From an uncultured Methanosarcinaceae archaeon (lineage in GTDB: Archaea; Halobacteriota; Methanosarcinia; Methanosarcinales; Methanosarcinaceae): 64,000 bases of DNA. A program made the translations under genes and the position numbers. The notes under the pieces are model-generated. The model was not told the DNA's origin. It saw only the letters and a list, made by a program, of their open reading frames with translations, and did no database searches. Each line of letters opens with the position of its first letter. Within the stretch, counting starts at the first letter, position 1. Location: assembly GCA_963833425.1 (NCBI GenBank), contig CAWHXP010000008.1, positions 340,578 through 404,577 of the forward strand, read 5' to 3'. Shown here in pieces: positions 45,291 through 56,561 of the stretch.

Positions 45291-46424
45291 GAGGATTTCG
45301 ATAAACTTCGGATTTTATTTCTTAGCAGTAATTTCTCATATCTTCCCCTCAATTTCTCTATTTAATCCCTCTTTTTGGCTTTACTTATCCTCAATTCTTT
45401 GATTTTAAAGATAGCTTCCGCTATCTTCAATATACTTTTTTTATTTTCAATGTCCTCAATTGATGGAGATTATAACAAAAAGCCGTACACAACATTTTTA
45501 GATTTACTATTTTAACAGTAGTAACAAAAACTCTTCCTGCTTTGAAAATTTCTTTCGTTACTGAATAAACTCCTTCTACTGGAACTCTTTTTGAGCTAAT
45601 TCTCTTATTTCTTAATATATCCTTTATTCCCAGCGTATGTCCTTTGACCGCTCTTTTCATTGTTGCATTATACCCTTTCGTTTTTGCTCCAAAGTATCCT
45701 CTGTCCTTATAAACCACTTCATTTTCCTCTGTCAAATCTACATACGAATCATGTACTGACGCAGTTGTTGTTTGAATCTTCTGATCAGCTCATAATCTCT
45801 GTCTATTATATTATGAAGCTTATATCCAAAGTGAGACTTACCTCCCTTCTTTGTCCATGTTCCTTCTCTGCTTCTTCTTGTTTTTGCCTCATCTCTCTGC
45901 TTTTGCATGTCCTGGATCTGAATGGATAAAAGTAGCATCCTGAATCATTCCCTGCTTTATCTGTAAACCCAGAGCAGCAAGTTGGCTTTGCAACTTTCCC
46001 CATATTTTCTTTGAAATTCTCGATAATTTTCTCCCTAAATAGCCATACAGTAGTACTGTCAGATACGTATTCCAGAAATCCAAGGAATTTCCTAAAAGAA
46101 ATTCGATCTATACACTGTTTCTCAAGTTCAAAATCAGAGAGCCCATGCCATTGTTGTAAAACAAGCATTTTGAACATCACAATGACATCAGTTTCAGGTC
46201 TCCCTCATGAAACGGTTTTGTTAATACACATAGACTCAAGAATAATACGAAACGTTTTCCAATCAATTAAGGAAGCAATTTCAGCAAGCTTATCTCCAAC
46301 AGATTCAAGACGTTTATACTCTTCTTTAAGAGCAAAATCAATAAGAGTTTTCATGAATATAAATAAATATTTACAAATTTAAAGTCAACCATGCTCAAGA
46401 GAATGGAATTTATCTAAATTCTCT
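45290..46424 (-). mobile_element. IS5-family insertion sequence with frameshifted transposase (45427-46355)
   Basis: TIRs AGAGGATTTCGATAAAC / ATTTATCTAAATTCTCT; MFKMLVLQQWHGLSD, IQDATF, FGYKLH, YKDRGY, R.PVE. Confidence 0.9.
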
Positions 46425-46470
46425 AGATGAAAATTGAAAATAATTATTCGACTTACGGATCGGATTTACT

Positions 46471-46857
46471 TTATTTATTTAAAGCTGCTTTCTTATTGTT
46501 CCAAGCTTTGGAGTTTTGTGGGTTGATTTCAATTGCTTTGTCATACGCTTTTATTGCTTCATCGGATTTATATAAATTATCAAGAGCAAGTCCTTGATTA
46601 ACTAAAGTCTGTGAATCTGTCAATCGCCTACGAGACTCAATATATGGGAAGTATAGAATAGGAATCTGTTCACGGAAAATAAAAGATTTTCTAACAACTA
46701 AAATCCAATCAGGATATAGAGTCGGGAATTTTAGTAATTTTAGAAAAGTTAAGAGAGACGCATTAACAACACTAAAAAATAGGCTTCCGGAAAACATTTT
46801 GTTGGATAAAAAAGATATGGACGGCGAAAATCCGAGTGGTACATAGTACGTAACCAA
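46471..46857 (-). pseudogene. TPR protein fragment
   Basis: Single TPR unit NQGLALDNL..DEAIKAYDKAIEINPQNSKAWNNK. Confidence 0.55.
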
Positions 46858-47455
46858 GATATAACCATGTTACGGACAATACGAAAAAAGTTATGTTGAA
46901 ATTATCTGGATCTCATAAAATTCAGTATATGCAAAGAAAACGATTACTATAAAAGAAGAAAGTATAGGCTTAAACAGATTGTACTTCTATGAATATATAT
47001 GATAGATGAATGTGATTAATAGTTAATATAAAATAAATTGTGTATTACTGTTAAAAATACCTATCCTGCTCACGAATTTTTTGGATCGTATGTAACTGGT
47101 TACGGACTGGTTACGTTTTCTGATGATGGTATATAAATAAAATTTGGAAATGCTTGAATTGTTATAAATATTAGACAGATTTGTAAAAATAATATATATC
47201 AAGAGCTTATAGGCTTTTGTATATACATCTTATAAGAATTAAATCGATAAATAAATATTATAAGGTGCTTATGACTAGTTTATAGAAGACTCGTGAAATC
47301 AATGATTCATTAAAATGTTCTATAGTAATGTAGTCATTTTTTTAGTAATAACATCTGAATAAACATTGGAAAGCTAAAAACATACAATGATCAATTAGTA
47401 AATTATTTATCCTTAATTAACTGGTAACTGAATTTTTAGTCGTGAGGAGATCAGA

Positions 47456-48040
47456 GTGAATTGGAATAAAGCATACATAGGCACACCACCATGGGACATC
47501 GGTCATTCCCAACCGGTTTTCGAAGCTCTTATAAATGACGGAGAAATTAAGCCTGGCCGAGCTCTGGATATCGGATGTGGCCGGGGTGATAATGCAATAA
47601 TGTTAGCCATAAATGGGTGCGATGTCGCAGGTATAGACATTGTTGAAGATGCTATCAAAGATGCAAAAGCAAAAGCCATAAAGCATCATGTTAAGGTGAA
47701 TTTTGTAGTCGGAAGTGTGTTACAGATGGACCGACTTTTCATGGAGGCTGAATTTGATTTCATTATAGATTCGGGTTTATTTGATGCGATGATGGACGAG
47801 GAAAGACCCGTTTTTGCACAGCAAGTCAGTAGAGTGCTAAAACCAGGCGGCAAATATTTCATGCTCTGTTTCTCTGAGAAAGAGTACAAAGTCTACGGGC
47901 TCAGGCGGATTTCAATAGCTGAAATAGAACTTACTTTCAAATCATTGTTTGACATTATTTATATAAAAGACTCAGCTTTCGATACGGGACTCGGACCGAG
48001 TAGCATTAAAGCCTACCTTATGTTGGCTATGAGAAATTAA
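47456..48040 (+). CDS. Class I SAM-dependent methyltransferase
   Basis: PPWDIG, ALDIGCGRG, DSGLF, LKPGG. Confidence 0.9.
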   Translation: MNWNKAYIGTPPWDIGHSQPVFEALINDGEIKPGRALDIGCGRGDNAIMLAINGCDVAGIDIVEDAIKDAKAKAIKHHVKVNFVVGSVLQMDRLFMEAEFDFIIDSGLFDAMMDEERPVFAQQVSRVLKPGGKYFMLCFSEKEYKVYGLRRISIAEIELTFKSLFDIIYIKDSAFDTGLGPSSIKAYLMLAMRN

Positions 48041-48063
48041 TTAAATTAATCTTGATATTTGAA

Positions 48064-48099
48064 GCACTCTCTTTGAAGCTCCATCAAAGGGTGTGGTGC
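48064..48099. terminator. Stem-loop after the methyltransferase gene
   Basis: GCAC.CTCTTTGA-AGCTCCA-TCAAAGGG..GTGC. Confidence 0.4.
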
Positions 48100-48398
48100 A
48101 AAAATTATATTTACGCAATTTGATACTATAATTATTGCTTTGTGTACCAGTTTCCCGATGATAAGAATAATTAACTTCCCTAATTGTAAAGATTTACACT
48201 GATTTTGCAAAAAAAACCAAAAACCACAGTTATCTCAACAAACGAAAGCCCAAATGGAGTCGCTGAGCTTATCTTTTTCGCAGCTATATTGGCACACTGA
48301 GGTGAAGACCCTGGCAGCGTGACTCGCTGCCACCTGAAGAACCCTCTCTAGATATCTCCATCTTCCCGGGCACTACTATAGAAGGAGCTAATTATATA

Positions 48399-49625
48399 AT
48401 GTTTCCACTTAAAGTTCCACTTATATTTCAAAACACATCCTTAATACTCTTATTGGCTGCCCGTATATCAACCAGCATTGCTTTCCAAATATTAAGTGTT
48501 GCTGTAGGTTGGCAAATTTATTCACTTACTCAAATGCCTTTTTATCTTGGACTTGTTGGATTAGTCCAGTTTTTACCTATGTTTCTACTTACTCTTGTAG
48601 TCGGCTATGTGGCAGATCGTTATGATCGAAAGTGGATAATTTGTTTCAGTCAAATTGTAGAAAGCATAGGGATTTTCTTTCTTGCTTACGAAAGTCATAA
48701 CGGATGGATTACCAAAGAGGGAATCCTCGTTACTATCTTTTTTATAGGTATTGCCAATGCTTTTCAAGGCCCTTCAATGAAATCTTTGTTACCTAATGTT
48801 GTCAGCAAGGAACTTTTCCCAGAGGCTGCTGCTTTAGCAACCTCTACAGCTCAGTTTGCAATCATTCTAGGCCCAGCAATTGGAGGAGTCCTTTATGCAT
48901 TAAATCCCGGAGTTGCGTACTCTATAGCTGGTATATTGCCATTGGCGACAAGTGTAATTATTCTCTTCATTTCAATAAAGGAGGAGCAACAAAACTCTGA
49001 ACCACTGACCATAAATTCGATATTCGGGGGAATATCGTTCATTAAAAGCAAGCCTGTTATACTTGGGGCAATATCCCTTGATCTTTTTGCAGTATTATTT
49101 GGAGGTGCTCCAGCCTTATTACCTGTTTACGCTAGCAATATTTTAAAAATTGGACCTTTAGGTTTAGGATTGTTGCGTTCAGCACCTGCCATAGGTGCAT
49201 TGATACTATCCGTTATTTTGGCACTAAAGCCATTAAAGAGAAATGTAGGGCATATTATGTTTATTGCAGTAATATTTTTTGGAATATTTACCATAATTTT
49301 CGCTTTATCAAGTTCTTTTGTATTATCATTCACATCACTAGTGATGTTAGGAGCATCTGATGTGGTAAGTGTAGTCATCCGTTCAACATTGATACCAATG
49401 GAAACCCCAGATAATATGAGAGGTAGAGTAAATGCCGTAAATACAATGTTTATAGGTACATCAAATCAACTTGGCGAATTTGAGTCCGGATTAACTGCTT
49501 CCTTGTTTGGGGTTATACCTGCTGTATTGCTTGGTGGAATTGGTACAATAATCATTGCAATTCTATGGATGATGCTGTTCCCAGAACTTTTGCAACGGAA
49601 CCAAATTTCGGGAATAGTTCAGTAA
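48399..49625 (+). CDS. MFS transporter (MFS_3/EntS-like)
   Basis: ~12 TM segments, GYVADRYDRK motif A, SLDLFAVLFGG, MRGRV, SNQLGEFESG. Confidence 0.9.
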   Translation: MFPLKVPLIFQNTSLILLLAARISTSIAFQILSVAVGWQIYSLTQMPFYLGLVGLVQFLPMFLLTLVVGYVADRYDRKWIICFSQIVESIGIFFLAYESHNGWITKEGILVTIFFIGIANAFQGPSMKSLLPNVVSKELFPEAAALATSTAQFAIILGPAIGGVLYALNPGVAYSIAGILPLATSVIILFISIKEEQQNSEPLTINSIFGGISFIKSKPVILGAISLDLFAVLFGGAPALLPVYASNILKIGPLGLGLLRSAPAIGALILSVILALKPLKRNVGHIMFIAVIFFGIFTIIFALSSSFVLSFTSLVMLGASDVVSVVIRSTLIPMETPDNMRGRVNAVNTMFIGTSNQLGEFESGLTASLFGVIPAVLLGGIGTIIIAILWMMLFPELLQRNQISGIVQ

Positions 49626-49819
49626 TATTAATACATTTTCCTCGGATATTTTGACTTTTGTTTATCATCCATATATTTACGTGCTTATTCTGATATTTTT
49701 GCAACGGAACTATCTACTGAGCTTAATTTCACTGATTATAGATCATTGATTTTACCCAAATCGAGTTATATTTATCTATGAAATCTCCATATTCATTGTT
49801 GTCGGTAAGGAAACACTGC

Positions 49820-49945
49820 AAATTCTAGAAGCAAAAATCGGAGCTGAACACCAAATGTTGCAACAACCCTAAACAACATAGCTGAAATCTATTGTCCAAT
49901 TGGAGATTACGAAAAAGCGCTCCCACTTTATCAAAGAATAGGAAA
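49820..49945 (+). pseudogene. Kinesin-light-chain-type TPR fragment
   Basis: ILEAKIGAEH/PNVATTLNNIAEIY...GDYEKALPLYQR across a frameshift. Confidence 0.65.
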
Positions 49946-50266
49946 AAAATTTTAATAACCCAACACATCATATACTTTTTCTGCTTCGTTGTTGCATAGA
50001 TTTTATAATAAAAACTGTGCATCGATGAAACCAAAAAACTGCAGAATATTTATCAATATGCTCACTAACGATGTGCCCTTTTAATCATACACAGCGTTCT
50101 TTTAAAACTTTTCAAGAATTTACAGTATAATTTTTCTTATCCGTTCAATCCTGTAAAATTTATATCGATATACTTATAATAAAATTAATATTCAATTGAT
50201 GTTTACTTTTAAAATATTTAAGCTGAAAGCATTTTTTAAAAATTGTTTTATAGTATGATTAATTTA

Positions 50267-50356
50267 AGAGGATTTCGATAAACCTCTAATTTCAACAAAT
50301 TGCATATATACCCTTATAAACTATCTAGTAAAAAGTGGGGTTTATCGAAATCGTCT
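50267..50356. mobile_element. 90-bp IS5-related MITE, best-preserved copy
   Basis: AGAGGATTTCGATAAACC ... GGTTTATCGAAATCGTCT, TA on both sides. Confidence 0.85.
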
Positions 50357-50665
50357 TAAAATAAAGTAAGTGAATGTAGTATTAAAATGTGATACTTGTA
50401 GATAATTTCAATAACCAGTTAATTTCAATAAATTGCTTACATTTGATTCAAAACAATATGAATTCAGACCATCATATAGGGGCATATAACTATGTTGGAT
50501 GAAAGAAATCGGAAAAAACTGAGTTACTGAAGATGATAAAACTGCTAGAAATCAAATAAATATATTTTTCAATATAATTTTTTGAAAAGTGAAGCGTTAA
50601 ATACAACTTTGTTTTTGCAGTTGTTTTTCATTATTAGTATCTAAATAGATATCCTGAGCCTGAAA

Positions 50666-51559
50666 GTGAAAAAAACAACATATGACAAAGCAAATCGAAA
50701 ACTTGCCATCATAACGGTTTTAGGAATTACTGTGGTGATGCTTTTTGCGGTAATGGTTATCGAAGGCGCAGCTCAATCTCCATGTGATGATTCGATCAAC
50801 CAAGGACTCGGTCTAATGCAATCACACAATTATACTGAAGCACTAAAACTGTTTGACAAAGCAATTGAAGTTAATCCGCAGGATGCATATGCTTGGTGGC
50901 TTAAAGGAAATGCTCTAAGAAGATTAATGAGACCAAGTGACGCAATTGACGCGTATAACGCCGCAATTGTTCGTGATTCGAATGATTCAAAAGCTTTGAA
51001 CAAAGGAGTTGATTTGGCTTATTTAGATAGGCCAGATGAAGCACTAAAAGAATTTGACAAATCAATTGAAATTAACTCAACATCTTCAAATGCTTGGAAC
51101 AATCGTGGGTTTCTCTAAAAAATTTAGGCAAATACGATGAAGCACTAGCAGCATATAACAAATCAATTGAAATTAAATCAACAGCAGCAAAAACTTGGAC
51201 CAATAAGGGAATTGCTTTTTATAATTTAGGTAAATATGATGAAGCCTTAGCAGCATTTGAGAACGAAACTAGTATTGATCCGCGGTATCCAAACGCTTGG
51301 CACAATAAAGGACTTGCTCTAACTAAATTAAATAAACCCGATGAAGCAATAACAGCTTATCAAAAAGAAGCTGAAAGCCAGGTAATTGGTCCGATTGGGA
51401 ACAAGATGAAACTCCTCTTCCTTGCCCTCCTCCCTCTCTATCATTTATTAGGGAATGGTTTAATTTTGTGTCCCAAAACCCACTACTTACTGGTATTTTT
51501 CTTTTAGTGATTGGTGGCATTGGTACCCTTATTAGAAATTTCATCAAGAAAAAGCCTTA
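50666..51559 (+). pseudogene. Secreted/membrane TPR protein, frameshifted
   Basis: Consecutive TPR units split at ~51110; C-terminal TM segment in another frame. Confidence 0.8.
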
Positions 51560-51882
51560 AATCTCCTTGCATTCAATCATTTTTTTCTTTACTTAGTTAT
51601 TCTTCTATGATGTTTAAATTCGAATATTCCAAACTAAATTAGAATATATTTGTTATGCCTTATTAGCCCAATAAGGCAAAAAGTAATAGAAACATATCGT
51701 AATATGAATAAAGTAGTTATGAAAATTTGACGTAAACATATATTTTATAGCAAAAAACTATGCATCATTTAAATAGTGAATTATTATTTGGTAAATAATG
51801 TTTACTTCATGCATGTGAAGTGGCTTGAAAATCCAGTCTTAAAATCATATATGATTATCAAAAAATTAGAAGAGTAGGTATC

Positions 51883-52875
51883 ATGGGAATGCCAAATTTT
51901 GACAGAATACAAAATACAGTTTTCATTTTACTTGTTGTTTTTTTTGTAGTGTCAGTGACAGTTGCAGGTTGCTTTTCATTGCTACCAAGAGTTAAAAATG
52001 AATTCCCTGATATTGCTTATGCTACTAAATCAAAGACACAAAAACTTGATATATATTTGCCAAATGAAGAAAAAGGTCCTTTTCCTACGATTATAGCATT
52101 TCATGGTGGGGGATTTTATGAGGGCAACAAGAGTAGACAATATACAGCTTCTATGCTTCAGGGCTTAAATCATGGTTATGCAGTGGTAACTGTTGATTAT
52201 CGTTTGAGTGACGAAGCTAAATTCCCAGCAGCGATAAATGATGCAAAAGCAGCTATTCGTTTTATTAAAGTTAATGCTGCTAAATATGATTTAAATCCTA
52301 ATAAAATTGCTCTATGGGGCAGTTCAGCAGGTGGAAATCTTGCTGCCCTTGCAGGCACAACAGGTGGCACAAACAATTGCTATGATGCATCTCTTGGCAA
52401 TGCAAACGTTTTGGATAATGTAACAGCAGTAGTTGATTGGTACGGGCCCACAAATTTCTGTATTATGGATAAACAATTCACAGAAAGTAGACTTAGAGAG
52501 AAAATACAGGGGGTTCCCATTTATAATACCGAATGTTCTTTCCCATCTCGATATTTAAGGCAAAATATCTCAAAGGTACCGGACCTGTGTAGACAGGCAG
52601 ACCCTATGACTTATATAAATTCAAAGTGCCCCCCATTTTTAATTCAGCACGGCACCCTTGATCCACTAGTTCCAACGCAGCAATCTGTTGATCTTGCAGC
52701 TGCAATAACAAAAGAAATAGGAAAGGATAAAGTAACCCTTACATTACTTGATGGAGCAGGTCACGGGGGTGTACCCATTACTTTTCTTAATGGAACAGTC
52801 CATTATGGATACCCGTTCGGAACTGCTGAAAATATGGATAAGGTGTTCGCATTCCTAAATAAGTATATGAAATAA
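51883..52875 (+). CDS. Exported alpha/beta hydrolase (esterase/lipase)
   Basis: HGGG oxyanion motif, GSSAG nucleophile, HGTLDPLVP, GAGHG; leader ends VAGC (possible lipobox). Confidence 0.9.
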   Translation: MGMPNFDRIQNTVFILLVVFFVVSVTVAGCFSLLPRVKNEFPDIAYATKSKTQKLDIYLPNEEKGPFPTIIAFHGGGFYEGNKSRQYTASMLQGLNHGYAVVTVDYRLSDEAKFPAAINDAKAAIRFIKVNAAKYDLNPNKIALWGSSAGGNLAALAGTTGGTNNCYDASLGNANVLDNVTAVVDWYGPTNFCIMDKQFTESRLREKIQGVPIYNTECSFPSRYLRQNISKVPDLCRQADPMTYINSKCPPFLIQHGTLDPLVPTQQSVDLAAAITKEIGKDKVTLTLLDGAGHGGVPITFLNGTVHYGYPFGTAENMDKVFAFLNKYMK

Positions 52876-54239
52876 CTATGTGTGTTTGAAAATCCCTGAA
52901 TTGTACTTGCAAAAACTTACAAAAAAGCTGTTTAGGGGCCGGAAGTAGAAATCAGAATAATAGTGATTTTCCAGCATCCATTAATTGAGCTGATTTCAAA
53001 ACTAATATTGTAATAGAATAATGAAATTACTATTTTTAGAAATTCATATTTTTAGTGAATTTAGATATGTAATATTATAATTAGTAAAAAATATATAATT
53101 AATCGATTTTAAGATACAGAGTTTTTATAGCAAAGTCTATGCAAGCAGTAATCATATATTGAATAGGGCTCATACGAGTGAAATCAAAACATCATATTTA
53201 TAGATATATTTATATTAAAATAGAAAAATTTGTCTAATACTAACTTAAAATAAAAGTGCACTCAGTATTTGATTTTTAATTCAAGCTGTCCGCTCAAAAA
53301 TTAAAAGTATAGGAAAGTATGAAAATCTACACCATTTTACTCTTGTCTTTCTTTTTATAACGAGTATAGTATTCTTTCAACTTGTAAGCTGCAGCTGCTG
53401 TCACTGCTGTCGAAGCGCTACTGTTGCTATAACCACTAACGTTAGAGGACCATTAACTCCTTACTTTTAATTTTTTGAAAAATAGAGTTCAAAAAAATAA
53501 ATGGGTATCTGTTTTTTGAATAATTAGTGGGGGTGCATTAATTGGGGGAAACAAAAAAAGCTATATCTGATGCTCTCTAGTATAATATCATTTATTATTA
53601 TATAAATCAATGTTTATAGAGATAAATTATTAAGCTTTTCAGAAGTACTGTGAAAAAACGCACATAATAAACAGTACAGCATTAAAATATTTCTTTTTTT
53701 ATGTTTAAATTTTCAGGTAGATTTTTCCTTTTCTATGAATCATTAAACTTGCTTTGAGCCCAGTTTTCGTTGAAGTTACAAATGTTTCATCTTTTTTCTC
53801 AATACAGCATTGGCTTAAAAAATTCATTTCACCCTTAACGATTAAACTTTTAATATCTTATAGGATTGTAAAAATTTCCCATTAATATACTAACAATTGA
53901 CTTCAATCAATCAAAAATCCAAAAGAATAATAAACAGTAATAGATTTTCAAGCTCTCCAAATTTACCGAAACTTCCATGTAGCTTATTATTTCTCATCAA
54001 TACTTAATAATCACGCTTAACTTATCTTTTTTCCATGTCAGCGGTTGAATATTAACAGCGTTCTTACAAGCATCGTACCTAGCTTATAACAAAAAGTATC
54101 TTGGGAAAAAATATTATAGTATTTTCCAATAGAAATAAAGGGGTTTTGAATTTACTATATTCTAAATATTTAGATTTTAGTTATTTGTAGTGCTTGTATA
54201 TTATTACATATATTTAGTTAAATTTTCATTAAAATGTTG

Positions 54240-54640
54240 AGACTATACTCAATTGCTTTCTATAATTTGAGATTTTCCATAAAATTTTAAATTTGCCACA
54301 GCAGACGCATTAAAAAAGATTGTATGAAAGTTTGGAAGAGTTGTCTCTACTGCAAACACAAATACAGTCACTTCGAATATATACCAGTACATGTATATTT
54401 AATTCGAAATAAAACAAACACCTTCCAAGCAATTCTATTCTACCGGATGCAAATTTTTTTAGTCTATTTACTGATGTTTTTGTGGTACAATATACAGTTA
54501 TCTCCGTAGTTATTTTAAATTAATCATACGAAAAATCGTTTCTAAACAAAAAATAATTCCACATAAGATTTTTCACAACCAAAAAACAATTAAATATTAA
54601 AATGATTTTTTATTATTTCCTAATTCTTCAGAGTTTTAAA
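54240..54640 (+). repeat. ~400-bp dispersed repeat containing CxxC micro-ORF 54324-54509
   Basis: Homologous to the reverse complement of ~19400-19920 once the MITE is removed. Confidence 0.8.
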
Positions 54641-55656
54641 AGTGGGTAAAACTTAGATTATTCTGGCAGTGATTTTTACAGTATTCACCTAGAGCCAACA
54701 ACAAGTCGAATAGTCACCTTTTGATGAATCTTGCCTGCGAAACTGTTGATTGTTAATAGTCAAACATGATATCAATATTTTTATTTTTTTAATTGTATTA
54801 TTCATTAATTTCTTCTTAAGATAATACCATAATTAATATGAGTATTGAGCCTTTTAATCCAAATTCCGGGGTATTGTGCATGTGTTTCTGCGTTTGTTGT
54901 GTGATAGTTGAAGATTGTGTAACATCAAATGAACTATCTTGACTCAATGTACTCAAGTCATTTTTATTTTATTTGGCCAATAATTTATATTGAGAATTTA
55001 CGTAGGTTTAGTCACAAAGACTGTGTATATTATATTTATTGATACAGATTTATTTTTTCTGTCGTGGACTTAATAACGAGTTCCAGCTCCAATGTATGGG
55101 CTTATTGTAGCTTCAGCGAGCAAATAGACTTTTATTCCAAAAAAAATTTGACGGTTACATGTCAATCCTTAAAGGTAAGCATGATTCTCATGTTGGAAAA
55201 TTCTGCAAGAATACTTATACACTGTTCTAGTTTTTCTCCTTCGATTTTATAATAACCTAATGATAGAAAATGACCAATTTTTCAGATCAATTATTATTTC
55301 CAAAAAATATGGTGTGGGATTCTAGCAGCAATGTTAAAACTTTTTATGTAATTGTGACCTAACAAGATTATTTCGCTGATGCTGTGATCCTACTACTCAG
55401 AAGCAAACAGAACTAAGGCAAAGTATAATATCTAAACATTCAAAAACTGAATTAAACTTTATTGAGAAAACAACTATAAAAAGGTAATTTGGTACTCATA
55501 ATCTCACTTACTTTTTCTTCTATTTCTTAAATGAAAACAGGTTAAAAGTCTCATCAATCAGAAAATAATTAAAGTGCAATGACTTGGAATTTATTACTAA
55601 ATCAGCTATCTAAAACTGAAACAATTGATGATATAAATTCAGGAGAATAATCATTT

Positions 55657-56427
55657 ATGCAAATTAAGGGAATAGCCAGTGATACTCTCAATTTTATACT
55701 CGAAACCAGCAAGTCCGTGGCCCCGGAGGAGTTTGCCGGTCTTTTACAGGAAAATAACGGCATTATCACTGAAGTGCTTGTATTGCCTGGTACCGAATCC
55801 AGTGAACAAAACGCAGTTCTAAAGCTTTTCATGATGCCGAATATCAAAGCTGTAGGCTCGATTCACAGCCATCCAGGTCCAAACCGCAAACCTTCAAAAG
55901 TAGATCTACACCTTTTTTCAAAATCTGGGAATTGCCACATAATAGTGGGTTATCCTTATAATAAGCAGAGCTGGACATGTTACGATAATGAAGGAAATAT
56001 TAGGGAACTCCAAGTGCTTGATGTGAAGTTTGATAATTTCGAAGAAGCTAACCTTGACGGGGCTAACTTTGAAGGAGCTAACCTTAAAGGAACTGATTTT
56101 AAGAAAGCTAATCTTGAAGAAGCTGACCTTGAAGGAACTGATCTTGTAGGGGCTAACCTTGAAGGAACTGATCTTATAGGAGCTAACCTTTCAGGAGCTA
56201 ACCTTTCAGGAGCTAACCTTAAAAGGGCTAACCTTAAAAGAGCTAACCTTTTAGGAGCTAACCTTAAAGGAGCTGATTTTGAAGGGGCTAACCTTAAAGG
56301 AGTCAAAGAATTAACAATTGACCAACTTTCAAAAGTTAAAACACTTTATAACGCAAAATTGAACGACGGGCTTCTCATGTCCCTGACAGAAAAATATCCT
56401 ATCCTTTTTGAAAAACCAAAGCTATAG
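55657..56427 (+). CDS. JAMM/MPN+ metalloprotease fused to pentapeptide repeats
   Basis: PEEFAG, HSHPGPNRKPSKVD (HxH-x7-S-x2-D); about 17-18 A(N/D)(L/F)xx repeats follow in frame. Confidence 0.9.
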   Translation: MQIKGIASDTLNFILETSKSVAPEEFAGLLQENNGIITEVLVLPGTESSEQNAVLKLFMMPNIKAVGSIHSHPGPNRKPSKVDLHLFSKSGNCHIIVGYPYNKQSWTCYDNEGNIRELQVLDVKFDNFEEANLDGANFEGANLKGTDFKKANLEEADLEGTDLVGANLEGTDLIGANLSGANLSGANLKRANLKRANLLGANLKGADFEGANLKGVKELTIDQLSKVKTLYNAKLNDGLLMSLTEKYPILFEKPKL

Positions 56428-56561
56428 GTTTTCAAGGATCAAGCTTTTATATGACTTAAGGTTCCGTGTGGAATAAAGAGAAACAAAATATATGTTGTAG
56501 GTTCAAACGCTCATTAATCAGAAGCTTATAGAGTGTTACTTAGCATAAATAGAAAAATGAA

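Noticed and set aside
53320..53460. Another copy of the conserved secretion leader (TAVTAAAA, minus strand)
   Set aside because: Lacks the MxKQ..MKK and LLVVFF parts; broken frame
55980..56306. Antisense repetitive ORF (RLAP repeats) and similar antisense ORFs over core genes
   Set aside because: Shadows of the real genes on the opposite strand
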